From a virus (taxonomy: Duplodnaviria; Caudoviricetes), in the IMG/VR virus record IMGVR_UViG_3300016667_000212, positions 1 to 38,230 of that record: 38,230 nt of DNA; one strand, 5' to 3'. Numbering within the stretch: the first letter of the stretch is position 1; each line of letters begins with the position of its first letter. The notes beneath the pieces were generated by a model that was not told the origin of the DNA, did not search any database, and worked only from the letters and a program-made list of their open reading frames with translations. Shown piece after piece: positions 35,757-38,230 of this stretch. Both the position numbers and the translations under genes were made by a program.

Positions 35757-37271
35757 ATGGCAGACATCAACGCACTCATCGCTCAGGGCGTCACGCCCAT
35801 CCAGATCGAAAGCCCCATCAACCAAATGGGCAAGATCATGTCGATCCGCAACGCGCAGCAGGAATACTCGATGAACGAGCAAAAGCTCGCCGAGCAGAAC
35901 GCGCTGCGCGACTTCTTGAAAAGCAACCCCAACCTGTCGGACGCCGACACGCTGAACCGTCTGACGACGGGCTTTGGCCCGAGCGGCCTCGCCTATGGCA
36001 CCAAGCTGCTGGAGATTGACAAGGCCCGCCGCGCTGAAAAGGCTGCCGAGTGGAAGCTGGTCGAAGACAAGACCAAGTATTTCCGCGACGCGCTCTCCAA
36101 CGTCAACACACCCGACGACGCCCGGGTATGGACGGCCGCTGTGTACAGCGACCCCAACCTTGGCCCTGTGTTCCGTGGCATGGGCACTTCAGTCGAGCAA
36201 GCCATCGCAAAGATTCCGACCGACCCCAACGGGTTTACGAGCTGGAAACAACAAGCCGCCATTGGCGCCACAAGATTTGCCGAGTTGAACAAACCGCACT
36301 TTGTGACACAAAACACTGGCGGCACTGAACAAGTGTTGACGATGCCCGGTATGGGCGGCGCAGCCACTGTGGTGCCGGGCTCGGTTACCAAGAAAACAGC
36401 CACGCCCGGCGAACTGCTGGTCGACGCCCGCGCTCGCGAGCGCCTTGCCGCCGAGATGGAACAGGGAAATTACTCGCCCGAAACGGTGTCCTACCTTGCG
36501 ACCATTTACAACCAGACCGGCCAGCTGCCGGCGCTGGGCATCGGCAAGAAGGCCGGTGACGTCAAGATGCGCATCTTGGAAGAGGCGCGGCGTCTGGGCA
36601 CGCAAGCGCCTACCGACGGCGGCGCGGCGCCCACCACGCAAGAAGCCGCCGAAAGGGTCGTGCAGAACAAACAGTCGCGCGCAGCCGAGCAATCGACGCT
36701 GCGCTCGTTTGGTGCTGGTGTCGAGGGTCGCAGCGTGCGGTCGTTCAACACCGCCATCGACCACCTCGACACCATGTCCAAGCTGGCGACGGCGTTGGAA
36801 AACGGCGACGTGCGGGCATTCAACACGGTTGCCAACGCTTTTGCCAAGGGCGTCGGTACGGCTGCCCCGACCAACTTCGATACCGCCAAGAGCATTGTGG
36901 GTGGCGAAGTCGCCAAGGCTCTGGCCGGCTCCAGCATGGCTTTGAAAGACCGGGAAGAGATTCGCGACGCCATTTCCCGCGCCAACAGCCCCGAGCAGTT
37001 GGCCGGTTCCGTGCGCACGTTGCAAGAGCTCATGGGCGGTCAGCTCAAGAGCCTCAAGCTGCAATACGAGTCGGGCACCAACCGCAAAGACTTCGACAGT
37101 CGCCTGTCGAGCCGCGCCAAAGAGGTTGTCAAGTCGCTGGAAGGTGGCGAGCCCGCAGCGACCGCACCGGCAGCCGCCGGGGCCGCGTCGGTCGTGTTGC
37201 CTGACGGCCGCACGATGAATTTCCCCAATGCCGCAGCAGCAGCGGCCTTCAAGAAAGCGGCAGGACTGTAA
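35757..37271 (+). CDS. DNA-ejection/internal virion protein (gp20 position)
   Basis: RBS AAGGAG; helical Ala/Gln-rich; lies between the gp7-like and the large ejection protein. Confidence 0.65.
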   Translation: MADINALIAQGVTPIQIESPINQMGKIMSIRNAQQEYSMNEQKLAEQNALRDFLKSNPNLSDADTLNRLTTGFGPSGLAYGTKLLEIDKARRAEKAAEWKLVEDKTKYFRDALSNVNTPDDARVWTAAVYSDPNLGPVFRGMGTSVEQAIAKIPTDPNGFTSWKQQAAIGATRFAELNKPHFVTQNTGGTEQVLTMPGMGGAATVVPGSVTKKTATPGELLVDARARERLAAEMEQGNYSPETVSYLATIYNQTGQLPALGIGKKAGDVKMRILEEARRLGTQAPTDGGAAPTTQEAAERVVQNKQSRAAEQSTLRSFGAGVEGRSVRSFNTAIDHLDTMSKLATALENGDVRAFNTVANAFAKGVGTAAPTNFDTAKSIVGGEVAKALAGSSMALKDREEIRDAISRANSPEQLAGSVRTLQELMGGQLKSLKLQYESGTNRKDFDSRLSSRAKEVVKSLEGGEPAATAPAAAGAASVVLPDGRTMNFPNAAAAAAFKKAAGL

Positions 37272-38230
37272 TGGACTACGACGCTCTCGCCAAACAATTT
37301 GGGGGTTCGGCTACGCCGGCGCCGGTGGACTATGATGCCCTTGCCAAACAGTTTGGTGGGCAGACCAGCGGCATTCCGGGCAAACGCGCCGACTTTATGA
37401 CCCGGCTTGGCCGAGGCGCCGCGTCGCTGGCCGACGTGGTGGTGGGCGACATTCCCGCCATGGTCGTGCAGCAGGCGGGCTACCCCGTCATCCGGGCGTT
37501 CACGTCGCCTGAGCGCGCAACTGAGTTGACTCAGCCGGTCACCGCCGCGCTGACCAGCCCGGTGGGCAAGCTGTTTGGCGTCGAGCAGACGCCCGAGTAC
37601 AAGCAGGAAGCCTCGCGCAAGCTGATGGACTTCATCGGCCAGAACATCAACAAGGGCTCTAAGTGGATCTCAGCTCAGACCGGCTTGCCTGAGTCTGACG
37701 TCAGCAACATGATCGGCAGCCTGACGCTGGCCGCCCCTGCGGCCATCAAGCCGGTTAAGCAAGGTGTCACGCAAGCCACCAAGGCCGTCGTCGAGTCTCA
37801 GCCTGTACAAACCGCCATCGCGCCCGTCAAACAAGCCCTGCAAGAGCGCCAGACCCGCATCGCGGGCGAACGCAGCGCCAAGAGCTGGGAACGCGCGCCG
37901 CAGATCGAAGCCGCCCAGCTGGCGCCCAAGTACGACATTGCGCTCGATCCCGCACAGTCCAACCCGACTGTGAGCAACCGCATCAAGGCCACGCTGTCAG
38001 GCGCCGGCGATCTGGACGTCAAACTGTCGGCGCGCAACGAAGCCAAATGGGTGAGCGCGGCCAAGGACGCCATGGGTTTGCCGGCCGAGAGCGTGCTCGA
38101 CAAAGCCGCCTTCGACAAGGCCCGCAGCCGCCCCGAGATTTCGCGGCCCTACGAAGCCGTGCGCAACATCCAGACCGTGGTTGTCCCCGACGCGACATAC
38201 GAGGCGCTCGATCGTTTGCGCGTGCAGCCG
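37271..38230 (+). CDS. N-terminal 320 aa of the large DNA-ejection protein (continues at position 1); not in the ORF track
   Basis: TAATG coupling; open frame to the window end; starts MDYDALAKQFGG...DYDALAKQFGG. Confidence 0.8.
   Translation, partial: MDYDALAKQFGGSATPAPVDYDALAKQFGGQTSGIPGKRADFMTRLGRGAASLADVVVGDIPAMVVQQAGYPVIRAFTSPERATELTQPVTAALTSPVGKLFGVEQTPEYKQEASRKLMDFIGQNINKGSKWISAQTGLPESDVSNMIGSLTLAAPAAIKPVKQGVTQATKAVVESQPVQTAIAPVKQALQERQTRIAGERSAKSWERAPQIEAAQLAPKYDIALDPAQSNPTVSNRIKATLSGAGDLDVKLSARNEAKWVSAAKDAMGLPAESVLDKAAFDKARSRPEISRPYEAVRNIQTVVVPDATYEALDRLRVQP

Larger units (their letters stand above)
1..38230. mobile_element. Complete (circularly permuted) bacteriophage genome, podovirus with P22-like morphogenesis genes and a PolA replication module
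   Basis: Full set of packaging, head, tail, ejection, lysis and replication genes; no host housekeeping genes; reading frame continuous across the 38230/1 junction. Confidence 0.93.

Overview
The window looks like a complete, circularly permuted ~38.2-kb lytic podovirus genome: the ORF starting at 37271 runs off the right end and continues in frame at position 1. The late arm (+) is P22-like: terminase, three tiny Lys-rich proteins, portal, a ferritin/Dps-like protein, three receptor-binding proteins, scaffold, coat, gp4/gp10-like neck proteins, a long fibre, a cupin-SET fusion, three DNA-ejection proteins and a lysis cassette. The replication module has a SNF2 helicase, VRR-NUC, Cas4-like nuclease, putative SSB, family-A DNA polymerase and primase-helicase. 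A compositionally distinct minus-strand putative early operon (DUF932-like, DPGHGW-motif and Cys-rich GP88-like proteins) lies next to a repeat-rich non-coding region that may hold the genome end or origin. No integrase, repressor, RNA polymerase or tRNA was recognised. The strongest candidates for undescribed biology are (1) a SET-domain methyltransferase in the virion operon alongside four Lys-rich mini-proteins, and (2) a motif-depleted segment that may enter the cell first and carries putative anti-defence genes. All family calls come from reading motifs by eye; no database search was run.
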